This document shows, one piece after another, positions 1 to 12,434 of a stretch of DNA of 64,000 bases. Position 1 is the stretch's first letter. Each line of letters starts with the position of its first letter. A program made the position numbers and the translations under genes. The DNA is taken from positions 496,001 to 560,000 of the forward strand of contig JALMLS010000062.1 of NCBI GenBank assembly GCA_038496445.1, given 5' to 3'. The stretch comes from Trichosphaerium sp. ATCC 40318 (Eukaryota; Protista; Tubulinea). The notes beneath the pieces were generated by a model, which worked only from the letters and a program-made list of their open reading frames with translations, did not search any database and was not told the DNA's origin.

Positions 1-1
1 G

Positions 2-94
2 TATGATAACGGCCAATTAAAGGAGGTATGTAATTATGTAAATGGCGTGAAAGAAGTGAAACAGAAGACATGGGACAGAATTATAGACAACTGA
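2..94 (+). CDS. 3' end of a MORN-variant repeat protein (truncated by window edge)
   Basis: Frame 2 reads YDNGQLKEVCNYVNGVKEVKQKTWDRIIDN*, the same W/Y-x-NGQL...Y-x-NG repeat as the MORN genes at 52348 and 60753. Confidence 0.75.
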   Translation, partial: YDNGQLKEVCNYVNGVKEVKQKTWDRIIDN

Positions 95-456
95 AAATGA
101 TTAGAGAAACATCACGTGTGCTGGCACAGATGTCTATTATTTACTAGTTTAGATATTTTGTAAGTACAGCTGCGTAAGGTATATTTACATTGAGTGATTA
201 TTATTACCATCAAACTTGTAGGTGATTATACAAAACGTCAAAGAAAATACCTTGTGTACTATTTCAAATAATGGTCAATTCACGTGTACTCTTCTAGCTT
301 TTTTTTACCTTGATAGTTATTATTACTGTCACAGTTTCTTCGTCTGAAGGTTCACAAGAAGCAATACCGTACACAACTATAGGTTCACTTGACAGAAGGA
401 AAAAAAGTAGTCCTTTATTTACAGAGTTTTACATAACAAGTCAGTTATTTATGCTC

Positions 457-1834
457 TCACCATTGCAGTACTGGGTTTGGAAAGTATTTCTTGATGAGCG
501 ATTTGTAGTAAGGCACAAGTTTCTCGACATCAGGCAGTGCACCACTTTTAGTGTACAGATCATATTCGTTAAACAATAGCACCCAACGCTTTGTTTCTGC
601 GTCATTCTACACACAAAATGTTAAGCTATTTAGATCTAGCTTGTAGCTATTGTACCTCTGATAATAGGTGAGTGTATTCACCTTCCTTATGCCATGGATA
701 GAAGCTGTGATAACTAAAAAAAGGTTAGCATAGTTGTTGTTGAACGAAGGAACTGTTTTTTTTTTGGGTGTTTTCTTTAAGGTTTGCTGATTTGTTGTAC
801 CGGATCATATTAAGTCCTTGCTGCGGAATAGTACACTTGTTATGCTTACACACTTGGTACATGTATTCATCATGACCTAAGTATTATGAGAAGTCTAGTA
901 AAGGCATAACATGTGTTTTTTTTTGTTGCTATCCATAAAATTAATACGTACCCCAAGACATCTCCAAGTTATCCAAACCAGTTCCCTTCTCGTACATACC
1001 ATAATGGGTATTGTATTTATGGTTGTTGGAATCCGGGTTTTCTGAAAAGAACTAGATAAACCACGTGTTAAAAAACAACTGTCATTAAAACGTCATGGAG
1101 GACGTACTTGTGGAGCTACAATTTTTTGAGAGAAAGCGCAACCAACAGGAAAAGTATCACCGACAACTGCCCTAAACGGATATTTAGAAAAAAAAAGGAA
1201 CTGGGGACTAAAACCGACACTTACCACTGCTCAAGCCCTCCGAACTCAGGAAGAGCTAAAATCTTTCCTAAATCATGGAGTAAACCTACTAATGGCATCC
1301 AATCCATAGACTCATCACTGTAATCAACACGAATAGCCTAACAACACATCAAAGAAGAATTCAATTTTTTTAGAGTTCACAATCACGTGTTGTAAAAACG
1401 GCGTTCACGTTGTTCCCTGAAACATTGTAAAAACGTACCTCTGCAGTTTGAAGTGCGTGGATAATTTGAGGATAGTCTGTATCCGGATCACTCTCATCAA
1501 CAAGTTCGTCTATCGGAGTTTTAACGAAAAAACTACAAGGATTTGTTTTAAAGAAACGATGTTTTCTCTCAATCACTACCTTGTTTTTGAAAAAAGAATG
1601 CGTACCTAGCTTCCTAAGCATATCCCAAATGCTGTACGACCCTTTATTGAAAGCCAAGTGCTCTTTTTTTTGAGCGCGAACAAAGTCGACTGTTTGGTTC
1701 TTGTGGTTCAACCTGTATGTCTCAAGTACTTTATCGAGCCTTGTTGACGTTTCGTAGTTTCTAAAAGCGTCTCTTGGTCTATTTTCATCGTGAAGGGATT
1801 GATCAGTACTGGGTTGTAGAAGAGCTGTGGCCAT
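457..1834 (-). CDS. MIOX: Myo-inositol oxygenase (multi-exon)
   Basis: Spliced exons give FRNYE...YRLNHKNQTVDFV, DELVDESDPDTDYPQIIHALQTAE, GLLHDLGK, VVGDTFPVGC, SWGHDEYMY, HSFYPWH and FNEYDLYTKS...KYFPNPVLQW*. These are the diiron HD-domain motifs of MIOX. Confidence 0.95.
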
Positions 1835-1862
1835 TTGTTACGTGAGTTTGGTAAATTCTGTG

Positions 1863-1919
1863 AGTATGGGCAATTGCCCAAAAAACCGTTTTATTGCTGT
1901 TTGGGCAATTGCCCATACT
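1863..1919. promoter_or_regulatory. Perfect 20-bp inverted repeat; each arm carries the 14-bp palindrome TGGGCAATTGCCCA
   Basis: AGTATGGGCAATTGCCCAAA (1863-1882) and TTTGGGCAATTGCCCATACT (1900-1919), 17-nt spacer, 28 bp upstream of the MIOX ATG. The regulatory role is inferred from position only. Confidence 0.55.
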
Positions 1920-2463
1920 TTGGGTGTAAAAAAGATGGTTTTGATAGGTAAATCTCGGTGGAATTCTATGATTTTCTTTACGGCTTTTTTCAAGCCGTAA
2001 TGTTCTTTAAATTACTAAACGATAATTGTAATACATAGGAGGGTTCGTTGGTGACTGTAAAAGAATAAATGCGAGTTGCAAGACGTACGTTAAGCCACGA
2101 AATTGACACAACATCAATGTGACAAAGAGTTCGTCGTGTTGTTCGTAAATGGGCACAAACGATTGTTTTTATAACCACATCCGCTTAAACAATATGACAG
2201 TAGTATACTAACGCCGTTTAGATCGCTGTAGTGTATTTTGAGCCAAATTTGTTGCAAACTAATTATACCTCTTCATAATCATAAACAACTTTGGTTTATA
2301 GCTACAACGATAGATTTCTTGCTTATGTAAACAACAATTATCCTGAATAAGTCCACATAATCCTTTTTTGGTTAAATTCTTCATACCACGTCCCTCCTGT
2401 TGTGCCATGTCATCTACTATAACAAGAAGGATAAAAAGGTACGTAATATAGTATGTATAATAA

Positions 2464-3633
2464 ATGAAAATAATGTTGTTTAAATGTAGTAAAGCAGTTT
2501 CGCTTTCTGTTTTTAACGAACAATTATTGTTTATAAAATTACCTCTTGATGATATATTTCATATCATAGAAGCATTATGTCAACTCCATTGGCAGTCATT
2601 ATTTATTTTGGCACGTACTAATAAAAAAATGCTTCGTATATGCTTCTCAGATGTCACGTGGCGTAGAGCTCTTATTTTTAATATACCAAATAAAATGAGC
2701 TGGGGACCAAAATCTTTGGAAAAAAAAAATGAATCGGCAAAAGAATTCTTTAAACGTGTTATTCTAGCTCAAGAGAAGTCAGTACAAGCGCCTAAAGACA
2801 ACTTAACACCTTCATCAAATATCGACGATTTCTTAAATATCACGTGCGAGAATGAAGAGATCAGCGGTATAGATGTTATTACTGGAGAGAATATTATTTG
2901 GGATAAAGCGAAACAAAAAGAAATCAAGGCAAATGTGAACGTTGTAGTAAGTTTGGAACATACAGATACTGGCACTATATTATCCGCTATAGATACAGGA
3001 ACAAGAGAACTCGTTTTTAAGAAACACTTAGAGTTCAGCGAAGAAGACAAGGAACTTTCGTTACAATTGGTTGTAAGAGATACGAATAATTCTTATGCCA
3101 TAGTGAGTGGGACAACATCTTCCGTTGTCCTTGAAACGGATACTGGAAGACGTGTACTAACCCTTGAGCATCCAATAGACGGATGTACTTATAATAGCAA
3201 CGATAGACTACTATACGCTACAGAGGGGTCATGTATTTACTGTTACAGTATCGGAGATCGAAAGAGTTTTTTGCTTTGGGCAAAAAAATACCGACACAGG
3301 ATGAAAAAGTGTTGTGCTTGTTTTTACACGATGCACGATGACTCAGTCATTCTTGTCACTTATAAGACCGATTCGGATTCGGGAGCATTCGTATCGCATA
3401 TTACTAAAAAAGGATGCACGTGGTTACATTATCTACCACGTGCGGAAGTCATGTATCATTCGAGCTATAAGCATAGAATTACAACAAAGTTTTTAAGCGG
3501 TGGTGTTTGTATTCATTCACAGGGTAGTTATGCGCATTGGAATGAAATGATATCATGGGATGGTGTTATTAAATGGCGTAGAGGTTCAGGCGGATTAGTA
3601 GCGATGCGTTATAATAATAGAAGCAAATCGTAA
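2464..3633 (+). CDS. Intronless F-box-like protein with a beta-rich C-terminal region
   Basis: 389-aa ORF. N-terminal LPLDDIFHIIEALCQLHWQSLFILARTNKKMLRICFSDVTWRR fits the F-box pattern. Confidence 0.65.
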   Translation: MKIMLFKCSKAVSLSVFNEQLLFIKLPLDDIFHIIEALCQLHWQSLFILARTNKKMLRICFSDVTWRRALIFNIPNKMSWGPKSLEKKNESAKEFFKRVILAQEKSVQAPKDNLTPSSNIDDFLNITCENEEISGIDVITGENIIWDKAKQKEIKANVNVVVSLEHTDTGTILSAIDTGTRELVFKKHLEFSEEDKELSLQLVVRDTNNSYAIVSGTTSSVVLETDTGRRVLTLEHPIDGCTYNSNDRLLYATEGSCIYCYSIGDRKSFLLWAKKYRHRMKKCCACFYTMHDDSVILVTYKTDSDSGAFVSHITKKGCTWLHYLPRAEVMYHSSYKHRITTKFLSGGVCIHSQGSYAHWNEMISWDGVIKWRRGSGGLVAMRYNNRSKS

Positions 3634-4039
3634 ACGAACTATTTTGTCATAACTTTTTTCTTTTGAAAATTGTTACTTGTCTTGTACTGTAGTCTCACCT
3701 GGTGAATAAATCAATGTATTATAATAAAATCAAGGAATCTATTGAGATTAGAAATATACACGCAAAAGATAGCTACTTTGGAAACAGAACATTCCTCTAA
3801 TTCGTCAGTTTTATACTCGCTATGAACATTAACATTAAAAATACTGATAAGAAGGTACCCAAAAACCGCAATGGTAGAATTCTCTTTAACTCATACATGT
3901 ATTAACAACTGGTTGAGAGCAAAGACTGCATCATGCAACTCTTGCATGGTCCTTGTGGAACATTGGCTACTTATTGTAAAAGTTCATTTTGTTTTTTATT
4001 GTCAGAGTATGTCTTTCACCATTCATCATCTCTGCCAAC

Positions 4040-4730
4040 TATTTTTACACCTTTTGTTTTAGTGTCTTCAAACAGTCATCTGTAACATTTGGGGTGATAT
4101 TAACCCATAATTCTTTTATGTTGATAAGTTGGTTAAGCCATTCATCTGATGCGTTTGTAAGTGCTAAACCAACCGTGTTTACATTGTCAGCATGTTCCTG
4201 TGATGTATCTACAACCTCGAAGCTTGATTTTATACACCAGACATTTGTTTAATCCAATCATCTGTTGCATACGTTTTGACAAATCAATGGTGTGGACACC
4301 AGCAAGGCTTTTCATACATTCACCACCAATGTATATGCTTCGGTGAAGTGAGATAGTGTGTACACCAGCCAAAGCTAAAACGCCATAGTCTGCCACACGT
4401 GTTGCAGTTAAATTTATAGTATGTACACCAGACAAAGCCTCAATGCCTTATGAACTCGCAAAGCCTAGATTTATAGTATGTACTCCTGATAATTCGATGA
4501 TATCTTTGGCAGACTTTGGTAATAAGATAAAGTAGTTTCATACTGTCTGGAGGCAACTTAGTCATTGCAAACAACTCAATGGACTTGAGGTGCTTCAGCA
4601 ATGGTTTTAATCCTCTTCAGTGATGTGTTTGCAGTTCCACAACTCTAAGTGACGTACACCTGTTAAACACGCTAATCCAGCATCTGAAATATCGCTGTCA
4701 TACATATTTTGAACACCTGAAAGCAACGTA
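4040..4730 (-). pseudogene. Decayed LRR gene (LAGVHTI-type repeats)
   Basis: Repeats ALSGVHTINL, ALAGVHTISL and SLAGVHTIDL, interrupted by stops and frameshifts. Paralogous to 6781-7970. Confidence 0.6.
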
Positions 4731-4989
4731 AACCTAGAGTCATGTGGTCGATGTGCACATGGTCAAGTCGCGAGTAAAGAGCGAAAGCAAGAATTAACTT
4801 GTATCTGTACTGTGAAAACAAAGAAACGTGCAATTACAAATTCTTTTCACGATAGGAGTACTGAATGATGAACTGCTCATGAGCTTTAAAGATTTTTTGG
4901 GTTAATTCTCACCTCACAGGTACAGAGCAATATCTAGAACTATAAATAAAAGAACCTTAAAAACCGGATTGAAAAAGAGCTGTGAATTC

Positions 4990-6583
4990 AAGAATATTGT
5001 AGGTGGTTTATTGATCCAAAGTAATAGCTGTGCTAAGAACCTCTGTTTTTGAGGTAGCCAAAGAAGCTGTAAAGTTTCCATAGCCATGTACACTGTCATA
5101 GCCTGAGCTGTAATTGACTGACGTTTGTACTGTATGATCAGGGAAATTGTACTTAACAGAATAAGGAACGAGAAAGAGTGCTTTAGAGATTTCTTTTGGG
5201 AAATGTAGATAGGTCTCACAGCTTTTGTCGTCAACATTTTCACAATAAAAGGTCCTAAGAGAGTTAATCATCACCTATGAAAAGATGACAAACCAGAGTA
5301 AGCCTCCACCATAGTGTATTGTGCGTGTAACTTGCTTTGCATGTTGAAAAGCAACAACATCAGTTTTACCTTTTGGACTCTTTACAGTGCAAGGAAGCTC
5401 GGATGAGCTACACACTTAACAAACTGTACTGTACTTAAAATGTAAACCGAGCGCTGCTAGCTTTGGCTCAGAGACCTCGTAGTTGACAATATCACCCCAC
5501 ATAGATGTCCACCAATACGAATTCGCAGCAGACATCTTCCACAGATATCCTGCAAACGCACAAGGAAGCGATCCTTCAATATCAGAAGCCAACTCATAGC
5601 GTGATCCCATACCTGAGGATAGGGTTCATGAGAAAATCCACAGCTAATGTAACGCACAAGCAAGAATCCACAAGTCAGCCGAAGAGCTGATGTACTTTCC
5701 ACGTGAACTTCCAGACTTGTAGTCTTCCCACATCAGAGTAACGATGTTCAAAGGAAGGATTGCAGATGTTTTAGAATCTACAAGATGCTTGATGAGAATA
5801 GAAGTGTCATTCTTGTAAACAAATGTTAGTCGATCCAGTGCAGCAGCAGTTTCAACACAATCAGAACCATTCAACACACGCTCAAATGTGCGAATGTCAG
5901 TAGCGTTTTCTATGACCTTGATAGCCAACTGCTTTTCGAGGAGATGTTCTGATAGCTAGGAAAGAGTTATATTTATTAATAACATTGCAACCAAACGCAC
6001 ATTTTGTAGTTTCTTCAAAACAGCCATTACAACATCAATACTTTGTTCCACACATCTATCTAAACAGCTCATATCTGAAGTCTCACTTGACAAGATATTG
6101 AGACATTCAATTGCCGACTCTACAGTTTCGCCTTTCATGAGGTGATAGCAGACAACATTGTCAGCGTCATTCCCAGTAGTGCGTGTTAAAGTTTCTTTGA
6201 AAACGCTAAATAAACAATATTAGTATTTGACTTATGAAACTAGTAAATAGTACCTGGACTTTACAGCAAGCCGTACTTTAGATGATGAACGTACTTTAGA
6301 GGCTGGTTTCGTAGCACCGATTTTGAAAATGTAGACGAGAAGATCGCAATACTCGTTACATCTTTCAGACAAGGTATTATTCTTTCTGGAGTGTCAAATG
6401 AGGCCAGAGTCCTACGGTTTAACTCACGAACCTCTAGGTTGTAATTGCCTTTCTACATACAATAGCGGGAGTTGCACAGTTCTAACAACTTTGTTGTCGT
6501 TTTCTGTAGGAATGTCGGTTGATCTCTGAGAGACATTATTACTCAAAACGTTAGACTTGTTTTCTTGTTGATATTTCTGTCAT
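4990..6583 (-). pseudogene. Fragmented gene of unknown function
   Basis: Several protein-like minus-strand ORFs (5008-5274, 5416-5610, 5644-5928, 5956-6138) are broken by stops and frameshifts that I could not reconcile by splicing. No family recognised. Confidence 0.3.
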
Positions 6584-6780
6584 GTCCAATATTAGTTTAC
6601 GCTGTAGCGGTACACTTCTTGAAAGTAGACTTAAAACGTATTTAAGTGATACAATAAATGGTTATTGGCACGTGCTACGAACCGTTTTTAGTCAACATTA
6701 GTCACAAAGGAAATAAAACGTTTAACACGTGGCTGCTGCTACTAATCCTAGTTTATCTTCGTTAACTACAACAAATAAGT

Positions 6781-7970
6781 ATGAATTTTTATGCCGTATC
6801 AGTAGAACAGGCTCTAGGATACTATCGCAAGCACCATAAAGAAGCGTTTAGTAAAATTACTGCGAATCATACATTCATAACACAGATTGAAAGTATCGTT
6901 AATGCCGTGAATGCAAGCTTCGTAGAACAACTGGATGAAGCCATTTTAAAGCACTCCTATTCACTTATTAATACAACAAATAAGCGCTCGGCACGTGCTC
7001 ATGATTATGGGGTGCTTTCGCGTAAACAAAAGGAAATGTACGTGAAAAAAAGCGACCAAATCACGGATTTACTACTCCTCCTTTTCTGTTGCATTGAATT
7101 TTAGAAATAATCTAACATCTACTTTTATTATTTTATCTTAAAACTTGGTTCGTATTTATTAACGTTTTCAAGAACGCAAATGAAGCATCAAAGAGTAGAT
7201 TTGAATATCCTGTTTTTCCTCCTGAAATCACATGTCATATTCTACACTACGTGGATGCAAAGGATTTATTTTCGGTTGCTCAAGCATGTCATTTTATGGC
7301 TGATATTATTCATGATATTGTTGGCTATAGAAATGTTTTTATCGAGCAATACTCAGATATTCAAAAGATAAGACAATACAAGGGTATTATGGATAACAGC
7401 ATAGTTAAATTATCTCACACAAACAATACAGTCTTTTCATTACTTGCCGGATATAATAAACTCATAAAACCGTCACACATTTATGTGAATGATAGTGACT
7501 TGAAAACAATTGTGGGTGCTAGGCACCCAAGTTTTATTGATATCAGTAACTCAAAATATGTTACAGATGAAGGCGTCAAATTACTAAAAGGATCGCATAC
7601 TATTAACATTAGTTGTTGCAGTAGGGTGACAGATAAAGGTGTTATAGCACTTGCTGGAGTTCATAAAATTAATCTCAAATCTACTTCAGTGACAGATAGA
7701 GGTATTAAAGCACTTGCTGGGGTTCATACTATCAATACCTCCTATTGTGCTAATATAACAGGCGAAGGATTCAAAGCACTATCTGGGGTGCATATTATGT
7801 ATATTGTTAGTTGCAATATCACAGCTGAAGCCATAAAAGCACTAAAAGGTGTGCATACAATTGTTGCCAGCGAGAGACAAATTAAACATGAAGTAATAGA
7901 AGCTATACAACAAGGAGGAGTTCATACATTTGAACTTATAACTTATACAGAAGAGCTGTTGTTTTATTAG
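6781..7970 (+). CDS. F-box + leucine-rich repeat protein (spliced)
   Basis: The exon from ~7199 reads FEYPVFPPEITCHILHYVDAKDLFSVAQACHFM (F-box), followed by ~24-aa LRRs of the form VTDKGVIALAGVHKINL. An upstream exon starts at ATG 6781. Confidence 0.75.
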
Positions 7971-8152
7971 TGTTAAAAGTTCCTCTAACATTGTATTCAA
8001 TAAGAACATGTCAATCAGGCGTAAAACTACACTTGAACAATAAAGCTGTTTCGTAAGGTTTCGAATAATATGCAATAAACTAGTATTTGTAGAGTCCAAA
8101 ATTGCGTATTTCGTAAGTCACGTGATCACAAATTTCTTCTAATTATATCGTT

Positions 8153-8977
8153 ATGGCAAGCACAGCTTTGTTCGATTGGCCAAAGGTAACCTTCAAACAG
8201 CAACTCAAGCATACGTTATGCCCTTTATTACAAAATGGAGGTGTTGAGGTATGGTGGCTCTATTTAAAAGCTAAACGTCTTCAAGAACCATCACACATAC
8301 CTCATTATTACTTGACGCTCGTTGCGCACCTTGGTAGATCTCCAGGAGACGTTCTACCCGATGAAAAAATACCTTTAAGTCGTTGGGCACTCTCAAAGCT
8401 TTCAAACCCACAAGCAGCTCGAAGCCTTGAGTATCATTGGATTGACTTTAACATTGAAGATGCTGAAGCCAAATGCGTACCGCTTCGCATGGTATTATGT
8501 CTAGGCTCCGCTGACGCAAACACTGGGAGTTGGGGAAGCGTGAGGCATCGTTACAGCAAAGAATTGGTTTGTACAATAGAAGACGCCTCTTCGAGCCATA
8601 ATCGTATCACTGCTGATATGGAAAGCTCTGTGGTAACAAAATGGCGAAGCCATGATCCCTTTGACAAACGAGAACTAGAAAAAGTAAGTTTCCTATCAAA
8701 CAACTACACTAACGACCACGAAATCGAACATATTGTCAGTGTAGTCATGTCAGCACATAATGCAAAGTCTGGTCTTTTCTATAACTATGTACCAAGGTCA
8801 TTTCGGTTGGTTATGTGGACACGTGTACTTGAACTATGTCTTGGACGCTTGAAGGATCTTCCAAAGCTCCCTAAAGAGATTATTGTTAAAATAGTGTCTT
8901 ATTGTGTACCTGGCCTACCTTCAGGTTTAAGAGGGGCCATGAAACAATACAACAAAGCAACAAACAAAGATACCTAA
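8153..8977 (+). CDS. Intronless hypothetical protein with a C-terminal F-box-like motif
   Basis: 274-aa ATG ORF. LPKLPKEIIVKIVSY lies near the C-terminus. Confidence 0.6.
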   Translation: MASTALFDWPKVTFKQQLKHTLCPLLQNGGVEVWWLYLKAKRLQEPSHIPHYYLTLVAHLGRSPGDVLPDEKIPLSRWALSKLSNPQAARSLEYHWIDFNIEDAEAKCVPLRMVLCLGSADANTGSWGSVRHRYSKELVCTIEDASSSHNRITADMESSVVTKWRSHDPFDKRELEKVSFLSNNYTNDHEIEHIVSVVMSAHNAKSGLFYNYVPRSFRLVMWTRVLELCLGRLKDLPKLPKEIIVKIVSYCVPGLPSGLRGAMKQYNKATNKDT

Positions 8978-9466
8978 ATATATCACGTGATAAATATTTT
9001 AGCTAGTTTCCGTCAAAAAGAAAAAATAGCCAAACCCAAAAACGCTATTTTTTAAACAAAACTTAGTAGAATCACTGCGCCTTTCATTCATCTTATTTTC
9101 GTGTGTCTATCCATGTGGTTATTTAAACAATAGCATACTGTATAACCATGCCTTAATTCCAAATTGCATGTTATACTACAATATTATGTGGGCTATCATA
9201 AATGGTATTTACCAAAAAATTATGCCATTTAGGCAAGTATTCCCTGAAGTACCCAGAAGTATGCATGTACTTACAGCATGTGAAAATTGTAAAATCATCT
9301 ACAAACATGCTGTAGATGTTGTGGAATGAGCTATGTCATAATTGTAACAAGCACAAGAAAAGACGTTTCTGTTTTTACCAGGTAACAAATTACAGATGAA
9401 GAAAAAAAAATGCAAGCATGGCTTAGATTCTGTGAAAGTCAGCAACAGACAAAAAGAAAAACGGTA

Positions 9467-10500
9467 ATGGGTAGCAAAAGCAGTAAAGGAAGTAACAGCA
9501 AGCGCGAAAAAAAAGGTGACGATAATTAAACGTTGATTTCCCACATATTTACGTCCAAACTCTACAATCTGTTTATCAATCCTATTACAGCTACTTTTAG
9601 CTGTACTTTTTTGGTTAATATCACAAGCGATACTGACACTCTTTATTTAATTAGACTCGACAGGTACAAACAAGCCTAAACCAGACATGCCCACACAAGA
9701 ACAGTATAATACTTTCGTCGGTTCATCCCATTTTTGATTTACATTTGCTAGTGACTTTCTATTCAAAATACTCCTTGTTGGAGATTCTGGTGTTGGAAAA
9801 AGTTGTACTATACTTAGATTTGCTGATGACACATATACAGATTCATTCATCTCCACAATTGGTGTTGACTTTGTACGTACCCATGGATACCTCAGGGGTA
9901 ACCATTCTTTTTCTTGAGCCTACTTTGAAACAGTCTACAGATTTAACACGTGTCAAATGTAGAAAGTAAAAACCATACAAGTGTATGGTAAAACTGTTAA
10001 GCTGAAAGTTTGGGAATATTTAAGTGAGTCCTTAGCTAGAAGATAGTGTTGTTTAAGGCTATTTGTAGGTCCAAACAGATTTCGAGTGGGAAATTACAAT
10101 CCTTTTATAGTAGTCCACTGTGCTTTGATATTGTTTGACACGACAGACCAAAAGTCTTTTGACAATAAAATGAAGTGGCTTCAAGAGATTGAAAGATATA
10201 CATTAGAGAGTACTATAAAAATGCTTGTTGGAACAAAAAGTGATCTAATTGAAGAGCGCATTGTTGACCCTGAAGTTGCCAAGGTATTACACGAATCTTT
10301 GCTTTGTTATGAAGTGTTAATAACGTGCTAGGAATTTGCTACTGACTTTGGGATGGAGTACATTGAAATTTCATCAAAAGATGCAATCAATGGTATGTGA
10401 TTCACTGTCGCTATGTAAAGGTGGTTAACTTGAACGTTGTAGTTGAGAAACCTTTATTCTGTCAGCAGCCCAGATAATTAAGAAACTTGAAGAGGATTGA
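9467..10500 (+). CDS. Divergent Rab1-like small GTPase with an N-terminal MGSKSS extension
   Basis: Exons give [16 protein letters not shown] / [17 protein letters not shown] / [40 protein letters not shown] / [20 protein letters not shown] / SPNRFR...LVGTKSDL / [20 protein letters not shown]. The last exon may carry a 1-nt frameshift near 10449. Confidence 0.8.
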
Positions 10501-10702
10501 TTGGTAGACTTTAGGAAGTATTCACGCACTGTATCCAACAACAGATTCTCTTTCACAAACTTTGTAAGGAAGCCACTTCATGGACCTCATTGTCCTTGCT
10601 AGTGTACCGACAGTGTTTTTATTTTCAAAATTGTCTGAATAATCCTACAAAAGTACAAAAGGTTCATGCAGCTATTTTACTATGACTGATTTATGTGAAT
10701 AA

Positions 10703-12055
10703 TTAAAGCATCGCAAGAAAGTTACAAGCCACTATCAGTAGAATATAAAGTGTAGTATCTGGAATACCACTCTTTTGTCTACATTTTGGTGGTAGTAAAG
10801 CAAAAATGCTGTGAATATCTAAACACGTGTAAGAACAAGACTCAAAAAAAACGGCTCAAAAAAAAGTACCTTGACGAATTTCGAGTTCACATCCATCTGT
10901 AGTTCTTGCATTTACTTGTGAAACATCGACAATACAATGAGATGATAGTTTAATTATTAACAAAGGATGTCCATCATGGCCATCAACGATAATACTACCA
11001 TCAAGGAACGCACATCCACTAACATCAATTACAGCACCAGCTGTTATTTGTAACGTTCCGTTTAGTTGTAGCACCAGGTGACCTAAAAAAAAGTACATTA
11101 GAGAAGTAATGTTGTTTAATGTATCTAAAGCATACCGTCTATATTTGTGGGTACATCAACTATACGTGTATCATCAATCACATCTTGTTTTACTAAAACA
11201 CGTGAGTGTTTTTTGAATGGTTTAGAAATAAGAAGTAAGCGATGGTACCACAAGGACTTTTAGAATAAGCGTATGCAATAGCAGTGCCAATGAGAACTTC
11301 TCCAACCGTTGTGACGGTCGAATTCGTTCCAACAAAGAGGCCTATGCGTAGGGAAGGTGATATAGAGTTATCAGTGAGCATTGACCCCTACATATTTGTA
11401 AACATGATTTGACATTGTATTACACACCTTTTCGTACGCAAAGAGTGCGCTCTTACCGAGGAGTTGGGCAATAACTGATGCATCTGGACCTGTACTTGCA
11501 GTAATCATACATTTTTTGGAACAGTTTGATACTACAGTATGATTACCGCTTGCAAGGTTTGCTGCTAACGAATGTGAAGAATCTACAATGTCGAGGAAAT
11601 GCTCTTTTCTTGTTGAAATATTGCCCATTTTTAAATTCTGTATTGCGAACTCCTCGGACACAATTATTGGAGTGGCAGAGATTGAAAGACGTGGCACTCT
11701 ACCGGACTTGGCTGATTGTAATATAATCTAAAGTTGGTAAGTGGTAGTTAGAACGAAGAGACCTTACAATCATGGCGTATTCTGTTGTTTCAGAAGTAGC
11801 TACAGAGGCCGAACATCTAACGTCAGCTTTAAAGCCTGCTTCCATGGCTAGTCGTATTAAGAGCTCGTCTCCTTGGCCATCAGCTGTGCAGTTATTGACA
11901 TCAGCCTTGGTTTTTTAGTTAATTCGGAAAATACAACAAAATAGTGTCACGTGTACCAAAAAGAGCACTGTATCGCATCGTGTAGGTAAAGCACGTGATT
12001 GTACAAAAAATGCAAATAAGGCCAACAATAATATTGCTCTACAATAAGAAGACAT
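10703..12055 (-). CDS. Secreted or cell-surface protein, possibly GPI-anchored (multi-exon)
   Basis: Signal peptide MSSYCRAILLLALFAFFVQSRA; exons match ORFs 11371-11697, 11193-11381 and 10856-11098; hydrophobic tail TTLYILLIVACNFLAML*. Confidence 0.6.
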
Positions 12056-12434
12056 GGCAATATAATAGGATGTATTGTTCAAAACGGAATATCTACAGCG
12101 ATTTTAGCGTGTAATTTATCTCAAAAAATAATTAACCTCTTCGACGTACAACAGTGGTTTTCGAGCTTATACTTTTGTAAAACAGAAATTACAATGACCT
12201 TTGTAGAAAAGGTTGAACAAATTGCTTATTGTACTCGTTTAGTTAAAAACGAAATTAATCCCGTTGACCATCATCCTAATTCCGGTGGCTTTGCAGAGTA
12301 AGGTCCCTTTTAGAAGTCAAGTTTAGAAGTTTCGAAGAGCAAGGAATAGGCTAAAAGAAAAATGGACTTTATTGTTTTTTTTTTTCTTTTCTATGTACAT
12401 TTTATCACGTATTGCATCGTGTTTTGTCTGGTAT

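Noticed and set aside
2-8977. Endogenous giant-virus insertion
   Set aside because: No capsid, polymerase, packaging ATPase or other NCLDV core gene is visible, and the virus-like repeat genes are interspersed with intron-rich host genes.
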